Assembly: GCF_018350175.1 (NCBI RefSeq)
Contig: NC_058368.1
Location: forward strand, 28,088,001 to 28,152,000
Source: Felis catus
Taxonomy: Eukaryota
Length of the DNA: 64,000 nucleotides
Direction: 5' to 3'
The notes under the pieces are model-generated. The model saw only the letters and a list, made by a program, of their open reading frames with translations, searched no databases and was not told where the DNA came from. Shown here piece by piece: positions 46,793 to 60,039 of this stretch (position 1 is the stretch's first letter; each line of letters begins with the position of its first letter). The position numbers and the translations under genes were made by a program.

Positions 46793-47910
46793 TCTTTATT
46801 CTCAATTTATATCTGCTTATTAGTGTTTTCCATTTAAAACATTGTTTCACAGAAACAGGATCAATGTTGCCTACTGTTGCAGACTTCAGAGGTAGCCTAA
46901 GTGAGTAGAGCTCTTGATAGAGCTGAGAAGAAATTTCAGTTTCACTCCGATCCCAGAGCCTAGCTCAGTGCCTGGCCCAGAGTAGCTGTCAACAAATAGT
47001 ATGCAAATTTGTTTGAATTCCTTGAATCTCTTAATTCGAAGTCATTCACTTCACTCAATCTCACAGGTTTCTTTTAAAAATAGTGGCAGTTTTTTATTTC
47101 ATCTTCACTGTGCCAGAAGTCCGAGGATAATAAAAGTTCAAGAACTTCATGAACCAGCTCAGCACATGAACTCAGAGATTAGTCAACAGCTTAAACAAAC
47201 AAGGCTGGCCAGCTGGTCCCTGCTCTATTTTACCACAGTCTGGGGGCAGGGACAAAAGACATTTAGGAGAGGACTTGTGAGTGTGGCTCTTGCCTCATCA
47301 CCCATCCCCCTCATTCCCAACCCATCAGTTTAATCTGCAGAGCATTTGGTTGATGATAAGTGAGATGGCATCTGGTCCTGGAGACCCACAACTATGCTCA
47401 GGGACATCTCTCTCTATGGGACCCAGGTGAGCTCACGTCGTGCAGGGCCCCTCCCAGGGAGACAAGACCTGAGCCACAGGGGAGATGACTAGGGCTGTAT
47501 GGGCTCTCACTTTTTTGTTGTTGTTTAATGTCCAAGGGGGGCCGCTCTGCAATACCAAGAAGAGTTTAGACAAATAAACATGATCAGGACATACTATAAT
47601 TAATGGGTTCCACCACACAGCCAAACTGCCCAGCTTCATAGTTTCAAACTATTTTGGATTCGCCATAAAAGTTTGCTTTTTCGGCAACTGCTCCGTTTAG
47701 AAAGAGAACAAGGTCCGATCTGGGTTGGGATTGAGGAGATGGCTCCTTCAGTGCCTTCTGTAGGAGCAGAGACTTGCATGCAATGTTTGCTCATCGATTA
47801 TTTCCACCCTCTCTCACTGGTGTAAAGAGTGAGGACCCCAGACTTGCAGACATAAAGATTGGAGAATACGCCTGTGCCAGAATCTGCCACAGTCAGAAAT
47901 AAATAGACTT

Positions 47911-48325
47911 TGTTATAGTTGAATTGTGTACCCCCCAAAATTCATATTTTTTGAAGTCTCAACCCCCAGAATCTCAGAATCTGACTGTATTTGGAGTTAG
48001 GGTCTTTACAGAGGTAATGAAGTTAGAACAAGGTCATTCACATGGACCCTAATCTGATATTACTAGGGTTCTTACAAGAGGAAATGTGGACCCAAACACA
48101 TACAAAGAGAAGACAGTGTGAAGACACAAGGGGAAGACTACCACCTACAAGAGAAGGAAAGAAGCCTTCTGGGAGAAGTCTTCTCCCAGGGCCTCCAGAA
48201 GGAACCAACCCTCCCAATATCTTGATCTTGGACTTCCAGCCTCCAGATGTGAGAAAACAAATGTCTGTCTTTTCAGCCACCCAGTGTATGGTACTTCGCT
48301 GTCTCAGCCTTGGCAAACTAATGTA
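47911..48325 (+). mobile_element. MLT1 (MaLR) solo LTR
   Basis: TGTTATAGTTGAATTGTGTACCCCCCAAAATTCATAT start, CTTGATCTTGGACTTCCAGCCTCCAGA internally and GCAAACTAATGTA end. Confidence 0.85.
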
Positions 48326-48516
48326 GGTTTCTTCCAGCTCCTTCTCTGTAGGGCCAGACTTCTTAGAAAGAGTATGATGTCTTTGCCTGGTGTCTTCTTT
48401 TACCATCTAGAACATAGAGTGGAAAGGAACATAATGGCACTTCTCTGCCCCTGGTTGGAGCCATTTTTCCTCCCCTAGATACTGTTATACAAAATGTAGC
48501 AACTAAGTTGTAGCAA

Positions 48517-48521
<5 letters not shown>

Positions 48522-48563
<42 letters not shown>
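48522..48563 (+). repeat. (TC)21 microsatellite
   Basis: Directly visible. Confidence 0.95.
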
Positions 48564-48566
<3 letters not shown>

Positions 48567-49730
48567 TTGCTCCTTGTTTCTCATTTTCCAGAATGAACTA
48601 GTCTTTAGAGCCCAGAAAACATTTCCAGGACCTAGCCTGCCCCTAAGGAGGACAGGGAAGCTCTGAGGTGTTCCCAGAATTCAGGCCAATTCTTACAAAG
48701 TTGGCCTTAGGAAAACCAAGCTGCCATGGAGGGTCGCTCTTATCAGGTGCTTCTGATCCAAAGAGTATTTTGTCAGGATCAGTGGGAATAGTAAAATATA
48801 TTCTCTATGAACACCCTCTTCACATACTGCCCCCAAATAGCCAAGATTATTCATGAAATGCATGGCATCGCTTTTATTTTTACTCAGAAGATGAGATGTC
48901 TGTGCTTGCCTTCCAATCACAAGTATTGGATTCCTTCTGCTCTTCAGTATTGCCATATTATTACCACAGTATTTAAGAGTCTGCCATATTTGGAGAGCCC
49001 TAAGGGCCACTGTAGACCAGTCCTGCCCTTTCCTGAGGCCTGTCCTAGTCTGGATCTTTATCCAGAGACATAGACAGTTGAGAGTTGAATCTCACAGATT
49101 GAAACTAGGGGTCGGAGCCAAGTGCAAGTTAAGAAAGCACTCAGTTTAGGCTCTTTCTGGCTTCGTTATCTAAGTTTGTCATTGAACCCCCCCAACACCT
49201 AGCTGAATGCCAGGTGACTTAAACACCCAGCACTGCACAATGTGTAGGAGGCCGTGGGAGAAGTAGATCAACTCCAGCCCTCAGCAGTTCCATCATCTGT
49301 TATACGAAAGGGGACTTGAATGGGAAAGGGGTGCGAAAACAGGGGATTTACTAAGACCACTGAGCCCTTGGGACAGGTATTCCATTCCAGGTATTCACTC
49401 CTTGGTAAAACACTTGCCAGAAGAACCATGGCCATTTCTCGCAGCAGCTCTAACCTGTTCTTGCTCTGTCTCCATAACACAACACATATTTAGAAGACAA
49501 GAGGTATTCTGTGGTCCAGACTGCCCAGTCCTTGGATTCACTAACCCTTCAAGGAGAAAAGGGGGTGCCCTTCCCCACGACTGTCAGGGAAGAAGCAGCC
49601 ACACATTTTTACCTGAGGATCTCATTTCAAGTGTTTGAAAACATTTTCCATCAATACGTTCTTCCTATTGTGTATGATTACAAATGTTCACTAGTGATCA
49701 TTTCACAACATAAAAATATATAGAAATATC

Positions 49731-50159
49731 GAATCATGATGCTGCATACTTGAAACTAACATAATGTCATACATCAATTATACTTTAATTAAAAAAACAA
49801 AAAACAAAAAACCTGACCAGTTCTCTTCAAAGCTGTCAAGGTCATCAAAAGCAAGGCAAGTCTGCGGGAGCAGTCACAGCAAAGAGAATCCTACAGAGAT
49901 ATGACACTAAATGTAATGTGGTATCCTGGATGGGATCTCCACACATAAAAAGGACATTAGGTTAAAACTAAGGAAAGCTGAATAAACTGTGGACTCTGAT
50001 GAATAATATTGTACTGATGTTGATTCGTTAATTATAACAGATGTATCAGACTAATATAAAATGTTAATAATAGGGGAAATTGAGCCAAGAGGCTTATGGG
50101 AACTCCCTACTATCTTCTCAATTTTTCTGTAAATTTAATTAATTAATTAATTTATTTAT

Positions 50160-50195
<36 letters not shown>

Positions 50196-50420
50196 TGAGC
50201 AGGAGTGGGGCAGGGGCAGACAGAAGAGAGGACAAAAGAGAATCCCAAGCAGGCTCCCCACTGTCAACACAGAGCCTGATAGGGGGCTCAAACTCATGAA
50301 CAGTGAGATCATGACCTGAGCTGAAATCAAGAGTCGGATGCTTAACTGGCTGAGCCACCTAAGCACGCCTCAATTTTTCTGTAAATTTAAAACTGTTCTA
50401 AAAATAAAGTCTATTTGCCA
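49731..50420 (+). mobile_element. L1 3'-end remnants (short L1 tail followed by an L1MC-like segment), interrupted by a SINE
   Basis: CTTGAAACTAACATAATG...TCAATTATAC, then AAATGTAATGTGGTATCCTGGATGGGATC...TTCTAAAAATAAAG. Confidence 0.7.
50139..50368 (-). mobile_element. Carnivore SINE
   Basis: Long direct flanking repeat CTCAATTTTTCTGTAAATTTAA (50117-50138, 50369-50390). Confidence 0.92.
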
Positions 50421-51617
50421 TAAAAAGTTATTTTTTATAATTAACCCAATCCGTCCACTGTAACTTTAATTAATTTCCAATATTTTAAATTATATTTTAA
50501 TTTAATGTACAATCAATGTGTGTCTATATAAAATGTATTAAAACATAAAATATTAAAATTAATATTAAATAAAGATTAAATTTTATATATTAAAATATTA
50601 CGATATGATGAAAATCACTGTAAACAATAGCATATGAATCCCTGTATATATTTATGTAAACATGTTTATATTATTTATATTGCACTGTACATGCACATTT
50701 TTGTCCTTTTTTTCTACTTGATATTGTTCTAATATTCCTCCTCATCAATAAACACTCTTTATAAACATCAACCTTACAAGCAAAGGTTTGACTATTTTTT
50801 TAGTTATCATGTTTATTTTAACATGCACAGTTATTTGGTAACACTGAAAATAAATCATTAAGCTTTGATTTTAAATTACAAATTATTTGTGCCTCGGATA
50901 GCTTTGTCCTATCCTTAAGACCCACCCAGTTGCTAAAGTTCCTGGGGTGAAGTTCAAAGGTAGAAAGAAGTAGGGTTCCCTGTGTTAAATATATCAATTT
51001 TTTCTTTAACTTATGAATTTAGTGGTTTGTTCTTTAGGGACATAGAATAGCATGGTCTCAAAAAAGCCACAACAAAGTGTCCTACTTTCCACTTTAATGG
51101 ATGTACCCCATAATTTACTTAGCCAGTACCCATTGCTAGACATTAAAATTGTTTCCAACTTTTGGCTCTCATATACAATATGATGAACTTTACTGGCTAT
51201 GGAACTTTTGCTGATTTCCGTGTTATATCATTCAGCTATATTCCTAGAAGAACTACCAGATGAAAAGGTAGATTTTTAAGGCTCTTGATTCATATATTAA
51301 GCTATAATTTATAATCCTTCAGCCAACACCATCTTCAAAGAGCATAACCTTTCATAATCTTAAAGTGTGCCATTCAACTTCCTCCTAACCAAATTCAGTA
51401 ACTTCAGTTTCTTTGAGCTTCTCTCAAAAGAGTGATAAAATCCTAGACACTCAAGGAATGTATAATCTGTATTGATGGAGAGGCTTGCATACTACAAGTC
51501 TCTTCAAATACAATGGAAGAGCCTTTGGAGTCTATTCTCCAAGGAAACACACACAGAATTCAGAAGCTGTTCTCAAATGTATTTGAGACCTTGGAAGGCT
51601 GCTGTCCCTATTTCAAT

Positions 51618-51708
51618 AAGAAAGGAAAGGAAAGGAAAGGAAAGGAAAGGAAAGGGAAGGAAAGGGAAGGAAGAAAGGAAGGAGGGAGGGAGGAAGGAAG
51701 GAAGAAAA
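51618..51708 (+). repeat. (GGAAA)n/(GGAA)n polypurine tract
   Basis: About 90 nt of uninterrupted purines. Confidence 0.95.
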
Positions 51709-53169
51709 GTAGACTGAACAAAATACTGGCATGATTGTACACAAATATACGTATGAAGACAGTGGGACTGAATATTTTAAAACCAGACCATACCAGCTCA
51801 TATGTATTTACATCCATTAATAGACATTTATTTATTATTCCACAAGTACGCACTGAGAGTCTGATATGTGCCAGGCACTGCGGTAGATGTTGGGCATACA
51901 ATGGCAAACAGCATAGACACGGCTTCTAACCACGTGGAGTTTAGTTGATGTGGATAAGTATGTGTAGGACGCACCATAATGAAGCCAGATGGGAAAGCCT
52001 GTGGATAACACAACGCAACCTGATGTTTCTATTGCCTGCCCAACCAGCCTCACTCCCAAGCCCTCCCACACACTCAGAAGTCCTTGTAAGTTTATCTTAC
52101 GTCTCTATGCTTTGCTTGCTACAGAGAGTAATAAGAGAGGCAAAGCCCCTAGGCAAAGCCCTAAATCTAGGCAAAGCCCTAGATTTAACTGAGACACCCA
52201 ATCTGGGAAGAGGAGAGGAGATGGCCCTCCCCAGCCCCTTTCAGCCCTGCATTCAATGCTTCCATGAAGGTAGAGGTAAACAGGAAAACTCATTACCACC
52301 CTGACCTACTATCTGCAAGGCCAGACTGGCAGGTTTCCTATGCAAATAAAGCCTCCTTGTTGTGTGTCTAGGGCAGGTTTTGTCTGCAGAGCAACTGACA
52401 AATCCTGGGGCTCTGGTGAGAGCCCAGACCTTGAGGAACCCCAGTTATCCTGAGCATGTCTGCTCATAGTGCTAGTCTGTCCAGGGGTGTTTTCTGTCTA
52501 TTTCTTTGCTTATCTGTTTGTCTGCTTGTTTGTCTTCACTCCAAATCTTTAGCAATTCAACAATAAACATCAGAAACCTAACTCCACTCAAAACATTCAC
52601 AAATGCACTGCAACCATGCTAATGGCATTGAAGCGAAGGAAGTGGGGCGGGGGGGAAGCAGGGTGTTGGTGGGTGTTCCCAGTTCCTATGGTCACAGTCT
52701 TAGCCACAGCCTTAAAACACACGGTATCGGGTTCTCAGCTAGCCCCCTCGGCGGGAAGAGCTGGGAGTTTCTGACCTCCTTTGGGGTTAAGGCTGCTGGT
52801 CTCAGTCTGTGCGTAAGCGGGTGGTCACAGTCCTTAATTGCAAAGGGGAAGTGGTCAGAAAACACACTCTGTCCTGGCGAGATTGATAACTTGTAAGATA
52901 TCTTGGAAAGGCGCCAGGAAGCAACAATGAGGTTGTATGTGAAACTAAATATACATGCACTGCTTGCATGTTTACTGGTAATTTCCAACATATTCTGAAA
53001 AGAAAAAACAGCAGAAGAAAAGGAGTTTGAGATGGAATCCATAACAGAAGCCAATAATACTCTCTGCTGTTTCCTTTCTTTGGTGAAAGAGACCTTTGAA
53101 ATAGTAACAGTTAACATTAAATCCAACACTGACTATGTTCTGGTTACTAGACTTTCTGTTTATTGACTC

Positions 53170-53340
53170 CCATTAATTTATCGTAACAGTCCTTCAAAAT
53201 AGTCCTTTGTCCCCGTTTTACAGACAATGAAATCGAGGCCCAGGAAGTTAAGTCACATCCAAAGTCCCTAAGATCTAATAAGAAGTAAGGGTTAGTCCCC
53301 ATCCAAATGGTTCCGGGTCCCATGCACTTACCAATTACAC
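53170..53340 (-). mobile_element. MIR remnant
   Basis: CCCCGTTTTACAGACAATGAAATCGAGGCCCAGGAAGTTAAGT core. Confidence 0.7.
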
Positions 53341-54960
53341 CCAAGTTTCCATTTAGAGCTGAATAATTTCCATCAAGCTCAAAATGAATTTATCCCAGGG
53401 AAAAGGGAACATAAGTTTTTGATCATGCTGCTAATGATGTTGTTATCAAGACCAAGCTATGAGGATCAGGACTGCTTTGAAACTGGAGAGTCACTCTCAG
53501 TGAGACCCATGAGCTGGGGAGCGTATTTCTTGTGTGCGGCCTTCTGACATTGCATGTTGTTTCTGTTTGGGGGCACCCTGTTGTCTGAGCTGTCACTTCA
53601 TGACTTGACATAGGTGAAGGGATTGTCGCCAGGGTATGCTGTATTATCAACTCCTGGAGTTCAAAGTAGTTCAGTCTAGAAACTAAATAAAACCTTATAA
53701 GTTAGTAGACATTGAAATTGAGACCACAAAACACACTTGGTGATCATAGGCCCACGCTTTGTCTTCCAGGAAAAACATAAGAAAGAGTTTCTCTGCCTTT
53801 GTGAGCTGGCTCTGTTTAAAATGAAAGCCAGGACAAGGCCCCTGTTCTTTGCTTCTTATTCCTGAAGATAGGTGAAATTTTTTGGAACCTGTGTGGGAGC
53901 CTTCATTAAGGTGACTGCATTAGAATCTAGCAAAACCTTAGTGAATACCCACTGTATGAAGATCAGTCTAGATGTTGTAGAGGGTACATACAAAATGAAA
54001 AGACCAAAGCCTCGTCTCCCAAGAGCTCGTGGGGATAACAGAGTCATAATTATCTTCATTTGAAGGCAGACTGGGAAATAGGCCCTGGGACTTCGACGTA
54101 GAGGGGAAATAATTCTACTTGAAGGGATGGGAGTCCTGCCTTTGGGGAATGTAAGCTTGGAACTGGACTTTGCAAACGAGGAGGATGCCAGCAGATGAAT
54201 AAGGGAAAGGAAGGCAGTTTCAGGTCAAGGAATCACCTAGAGTAAAAGCCCAGGTGTGAGAGAACGGACCGCGGAGCCTGGAAGGAGGTGGTGAGACACC
54301 ACGAGTGTGAACCCGGGACGCATCTGTGTGAGCACACGTGCCTACGTGTGGGGAGAAAAGGCCTGGGTTCTCTAGCGGGGACTGAAAACATAGGCCAGGG
54401 TCATGTCCTGCGAGGTAATGGATTAGCGACTTTATTCTGCATGTAATGACAGTGGATGGGCGTCCAAATTGCTGAGCAGTTGAACGACACAATTAGGACA
54501 TAAAGGAGAGTTGAAATGTCTTCAGGAGTATACCCCATTTCCAGGCACAGTGACCGTAATCATCAGGCCCAGAGGACGACTTGGGCAAAAGCGTCCTTGA
54601 AGTCAGTTTTCGGCTCCAGCGTGAGCCTACAGACTGCAGGACAGATGGACAGGGTCGATTTGGCCCTGGCTTCTCCATGGGGAATAATCACATAGTCAAT
54701 ATTTCACCAAGAGTATGACATGACAGACGAGCAGTTACTGTGGGTATTATTACAAGTACCTAGGAACCACTAACCCCATGTGATAGGCTCATCCGATTTC
54801 TTGGGGCATGGAGCCCAGGAAGAGATTCTATTACTACTCAATAGGGACTGTAGAGCATGGTGTTAAACGGAGTCCACACTCCGGACTCAGACACGGAAGC
54901 TCATGCACGAGCCACAGACCTCTTTCTCTGGATGACCCTTGACGAACTGCATAACATCAG

Positions 54961-55353
54961 TGAATTCGTTTGCTGGGACTACTGAGACCAAGTACCACAG
55001 ACTGGGTAGCCTAAACACAGAAACGTTTTGTTGCACAGTTCTGGAGGTCTGGGATCCAGGCGTCGGAGGGGTTGGTTTTTTTCCTGAGGGAGGAATTTGC
55101 TCCAGGTCTCTCTCCTGAGCTTAGAGATGGCTGTCCTCATGTTCACATGGTGTTCTCTCTCTATGCCTGTCCCTGAGGCCGTATTTCCCCTTCTTCTCAG
55201 GACATCAGTTTGTTGGCTTGGGCCCCACCTGTTGGTCTCATTTTAACTTGATTACCTCGTTAAAGGCCCTATTTCCAAATATAGTCACATTGTGAGCTAC
55301 TGAGGGTAGGACTTTAACATACGAAATTGGGGGTGGGGCGCAAACACACAACA
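54961..55353 (-). mobile_element. MLT1 (MaLR) solo LTR inserted into a MIR
   Basis: AAGTACCACAGACTGGGTAGCCTAAAC...CACAGTTCTGGAGG...CCCTATTTCCAAATATAGTCACATT. Flanks ATCAG/CTCAG, with MIR halves on both sides. Confidence 0.8.
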
Positions 55354-55429
55354 CTCAGTTTCCTCACTTGTGAGATGTCACTACAGTTACCCATTGTATG
55401 TGTTATGAGAAATGAGAAATAGGTGGTTA

Positions 55430-55633
55430 GGGGCGCCTGGGTGCCTCAGTCGATTAAGCGTCTGACTTCGGCTCAGGTCACGATCAGGTTCATGGGTTCA
55501 AACCCCGTGTGTCGGGCTCTGTGCTGACAGCACAGAGCCTGGAGCCTACTTTGGATTCTGTGTCTCCCTCTTTCTCTGCCCCTCCCCAGCCTGCACTCTG
55601 TCTCTGTCTCTCTCTCTCTCAAGAATAAATAAA
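55430..55633 (+). mobile_element. Carnivore SINE
   Basis: GGGGCGCCTGGGTG head, CT tract and AATAAATAAA tail. Confidence 0.9.
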
Positions 55634-56593
55634 TGCCTCGAGCTTATGAATTGCTTTTAACAGTGCACGGCACCTAATAAGTGCTCAGTCAATTATAGCT
55701 ACTCTTACACAAATCCACAAAGGGATGTAGAATGTTCTCTGTCCCTGCCCTTCAGTCCAGGTGGCTCATACCTTGCTCCCAAGATGAGGTTGGGCTGACT
55801 GATGTGTAAACAAACCATCAAAATTCCATGGTGGTTCATGAGGAAGGTGGCCACGGCCACTCTTAAGTCAGCTTTCACAGTTTGGAACGTATACATTCTT
55901 CACTGAGCAAAACTTCCCATTCTGAAATGAAAAAAAGGAAGCAGGCAATGCTTTTATATTCTCGCCCGGAAAATATAAACCTTGCTGCACTTTGAAGCGC
56001 ACACGGACAATGGTCTGACTGAGGAGCTTCTACAGCCAAGGCCAATCAGAGTTGCAAGGCTGCGGTGCATGCTGCCTTAGCCTTGTCCGTGCTGCTGGAA
56101 GGGAGAGCCAGGGCCGCCCTGGGAAACAGACTGTGTTTTTCTGCCAGCGCCGACTCAGCAGCAAGCGCGCAAGGCTGGTTATTTGTGGGAGGCACGAAGA
56201 GTGGCTATTATTTTAAAAGAAATTCTCATAGAAAGAATGTTGGATTTAAAATAAATAAATGCGCTCACGGAAGCTGAATAAAACTGTAACGTCAGTCAAA
56301 TGCGGAGCATTGGATCGTGTCTATCCACTGCTCATGAAAACAGCTCTTCCAAGTTCTGTGCTCTGGGTTCTTTCAGGATCCCCAGGAACATTATTGTAGT
56401 AAAACAGAATGCATCCAAAATAATAGTCTATATAATTGGCAACGGCTCTTTTATCATTTCTGCACTGTAGCTTGGGCACGGCACACCGCTGATTCCACGG
56501 ATGGGTAGGATGCACGTACATGCTCTGTTGATTTTTCTTTTTTCACATTTGAGCCTCTCAAAAATAGGCATGTATCTTAAAATTGAAGTGATA

Positions 56594-56815
56594 GGGGCGC
56601 CTGGGTGGCTCAGTCGGTTAAGCGTCCGACTTCAGCTCAGGTCACGATCTCGCGGTTCGTGAGTTCGAGCCCCGCGTCAGGCTCTGGGCTGATGGCCCGG
56701 AGCCTGGAGCCTGTTTCCGATTCTGTGTCTCCCTCTCTCTCTGCCCCTTCCCCGTTCATGCTCTGTCTCTCTCTGTCTCAAAAATAAATAAACGTTAAAA
56801 AAAATTTAAAAAAAA
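56594..56815 (+). mobile_element. SINEC_Fc-like SINE
   Basis: TSD TGAAGTGATA (56584-56593, 56816-56825). Confidence 0.95.
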
Positions 56816-57376
56816 TGAAGTGATAAGGAAGCATCGTGTCAGAGTTCACTTTTTTTATTTTTTAGTGGTACATAAATAGCGCTGGGCTAACAATCCATGG
56901 TGACACAAATTCAGAGAAATGTGGTAGTGGTTGGAAAGTAACTTGCGTTTTCTGTGGGACTGGAAACGGGACTTGTTTCATCCTCCTTATATCTTCCTGT
57001 ATTTTTCCTGCTTGACCTGTATTTATGGCATGAGAACATACTCGAGATGCAAATGTAAAAAAAAAAAAAAAAGAAAGAAAAAAAGACGCAGAGAGGTTAG
57101 TGAGCTAAATGAGATCGCACTGTCAATCAGCAGTGGGTAGTTTAGACTCAAAACCAGCGAATGGCTCTGTCATCCCACGCAGGTAATGAACGTGAGATTG
57201 TAAAAGAGGAGCCATTGAATTGCTTGTGTGTGTGTTGCGTGTGCATGAGTTTGTGTCTGTAGCACTGAGGCATAGCCTGGGAATTGGAGAAAAGAAGGAG
57301 GTCGAAGCGATATAAGCGGGAAGCCCCAGGTGTAAGAAGCCCGAGCGGGGAAGTCAGAGTCAGCTCCAGCCTTTTT

Positions 57377-57606
57377 TTTTTTTTTTTTTAATTTTTTTTT
57401 CAATGTTTTTATTTTTATTTTTGGGACAGAGAGAGACAGAGCATGAACGGGGGAGGGGCAGAGAGAGAGGGAGACACAGAATCGGAAACAGGCTCCAGGC
57501 TCTGAGCCATCAGCCCAGAGCCGGACGCGGGGCTCGAACTCACGGACCGCGAGATCGTGATCTGGCTGAAGTCGGACGCTTACCGACTGCGCCACCCAGG
57601 CGCCCC
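57377..57606 (-). mobile_element. SINEC_Fc-like SINE, youngest-looking variant
   Basis: Long T tail and TSD TCCAGCCTTTTT (57365-57376, 57607-57618). Confidence 0.95.
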
Positions 57607-58196
57607 TCCAGCCTTTTTGTTCTGCAGAATACTGCCCCCAACTAGATGGCTAGCTTCACACCCAGATTTCAGCTCCACAAAGGGAACCATGCATTTGCAG
57701 TTCCTTGCATCCTAAAGGGCTGGACATCTACTTAGTGCTTAACAAACATCTCTTTTCTCAAGAAAAGCTTTGTAAGATACTCCTGTGATGATGTCTACCG
57801 TATGCTGATGGAGAAGGAAAACAAAGGTGGATACATTTTCATCCCCAGGCTCCAGGAACATTCCCTCAGCAGAACTAAGGCCTCCAGCATCACGGAGGGT
57901 CAACAGAAAAATTTTAACTTGTTCACAGGAATCGAGAAATGACCAGTCCTGTACATATTGTTGTTTCCTGTAAGCAAGTGACTCTTGCCTCTTCTTAAAT
58001 CTGTAATGGTGTAAGACAGACACAGATTTATTTAAGATCAAAAAGGACACAGAGGAAGGATGAATAGATTCACCATATGACCCAAGAGAATCCATGCTTT
58101 GTGTCCTTCTCCAGCTATGAAAAAAAGGTAATAACAGTAATTAACAAGGCACCTTAATGCTAGCCTAAGGACAATATCATTGAAGAAGAAATATTT

Positions 58197-58423
58197 TATT
58201 TTATTATTTTTTAATGTTTATGTATTTATTTTTGAGAGAGAGAGAGAGAACATGCACACAAGTGGGAGGGGCAGAGAAAGAGGGGGAGACACAGAATCGG
58301 AAGCAGGCTCCAGGCTCTGAGCGGTCAGCACAGAGCCCGATGCGGGGCTTGAATTCACGAACCGTGAGATCATGACCTGAGGCGAAGTCGGATGCTTGAC
58401 CGACTGAGCCACCCAGGTGCCTG
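58197..58423 (-). mobile_element. Carnivore SINE
   Basis: TSD GAAGAAGAAATATTT (58182-58196, 58424-58438). Confidence 0.93.
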
Positions 58424-60039
58424 GAAGAAGAAATATTTGAAAAGAAAATAATGTAAATTCATTGGTTGCCACTTTTCCTCATTTTTTCACATTTTCTCCT
58501 TCCTATTTCCCATCTGTGTAAGAGGCTTCCCACCCATTTCCATATTGTGTCACTTGCCATACACACAGATCAACAGATATCTACCGGGAACATCAAATGC
58601 CAAGCACTATGCTAGGCTGTAGGGAAATGATACCGAAGGAAACAGACACAGTCTGCAATCGTGGAGCTTAAGCCTGTTACCAGACAGCAGCCCAATTCCC
58701 CAGCCATCTAGCTCTTCTAGCTCTTCTAGATGAATTTTTCCTGTGAACGTTTCTCCTTGAGTTTGTAAAGCAAACAAGAATGTGGCCCCTAGTGTTTACA
58801 ACAGAAATCCTAGTAAAATGGAATTTCCAGTGGAGAAGAACATCTCTTGAATCTCTGTGCAGAGTTTTCTCTTAGCATCCCACAAATGTCGTTGTGATGC
58901 AGTTATGGATGTGAAAAGTGTCCTATGACCAGTAGATATCTGTAGCAATTTCCCACTGTTATCTTTGCATTATGATTATTATCTATATCCCCAGCACAGT
59001 CTGATCAAGACTGGAAGAGTTCATGACTTCATTATTCTTTGGTATAGGGAATTTTCCAAAGCTCTCTCCTGGACGTATACATAGGGAATTTCAACAACCT
59101 AGGGACTGAGATAGAAGAAAGACAAAACGGAAACACAAGTTTAATGTGGAACCATGTGGAGAAAGAGGTTGAAGTTCAATGTGAGGTGTGAAGTCTTGCA
59201 TCAGGAGCCATCTATTGAGTGGTACACACTTTTACCAACATGTTCACATCCTGTAAATTCCATGGATTGTCTTAAGAAATGTGATTTGCAATGAGAAGGA
59301 AGGACCAGGATAAGCGGTCTATTATTTTATATGTCATTACAGACTTGGGATAGAACCACAAACCAAAAACAGAGGAGCCAGACAAGTTCACGACCCATCA
59401 GCAATACCGCTATCAGCCCTTATCATTAACTATACTTTCTCTTGCCTACTGCCAAAAACCCTGCTAAAGTCAAGTTTCCCTGAAAAAAATCATGCAATGA
59501 GCTAGGTTTTCTTTTCTGCTGTTTGATTTTTTTAAATTTTTTTTGTTTTTTTTTCACCAGCTACACAGTCTAGAGCCCTGGGCAGCCCTGTGGCTGAGAT
59601 GTAACTGGAGAGCTCAGGACTCCTTTGCTTTGAACAAAATATTGGGGCATTTTCATCATCTTGGAGGGCTCCCACCCAAGGGAGCTTTGGGTGGTATCTT
59701 TCCAGCAACTTGGTATTCCTTTAAGAGACCTCTTAACCCACAGAAAGGGTGGGAGGGTTAATGGTAGGTTGCTAGAAAGGGAGATGGGTTGGAAGATAAA
59801 TAACTGAAAGAAAAGATGTAGTATTCAGAGATCTTGGGATGGGGGTTGGGAGGGCTACAGACCAGGCTCAGCCGACTCATGGAGGTATGTCCCTAAAAAG
59901 CGAAGGGAGAAGGAAGGAAGAGAGGGATGGAGGGGGAAAGGAGACCGACATTAATAGCCCGCTAGCGTAAAGCCACAAGTGGTAAGTGCTACAAAGTCAC
60001 CTTCCATACAGTAATGATGGCATTTCGCAGCAGGAGCCT

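Noticed and set aside
3664..58472. Many similar 60-90 aa ORFs ([13 protein letters not shown]...) suggesting a small-protein family or repeat array
   Set aside because: All are translations of dispersed SINE copies from GTG starts. They are not genes and not a CRISPR-like array.
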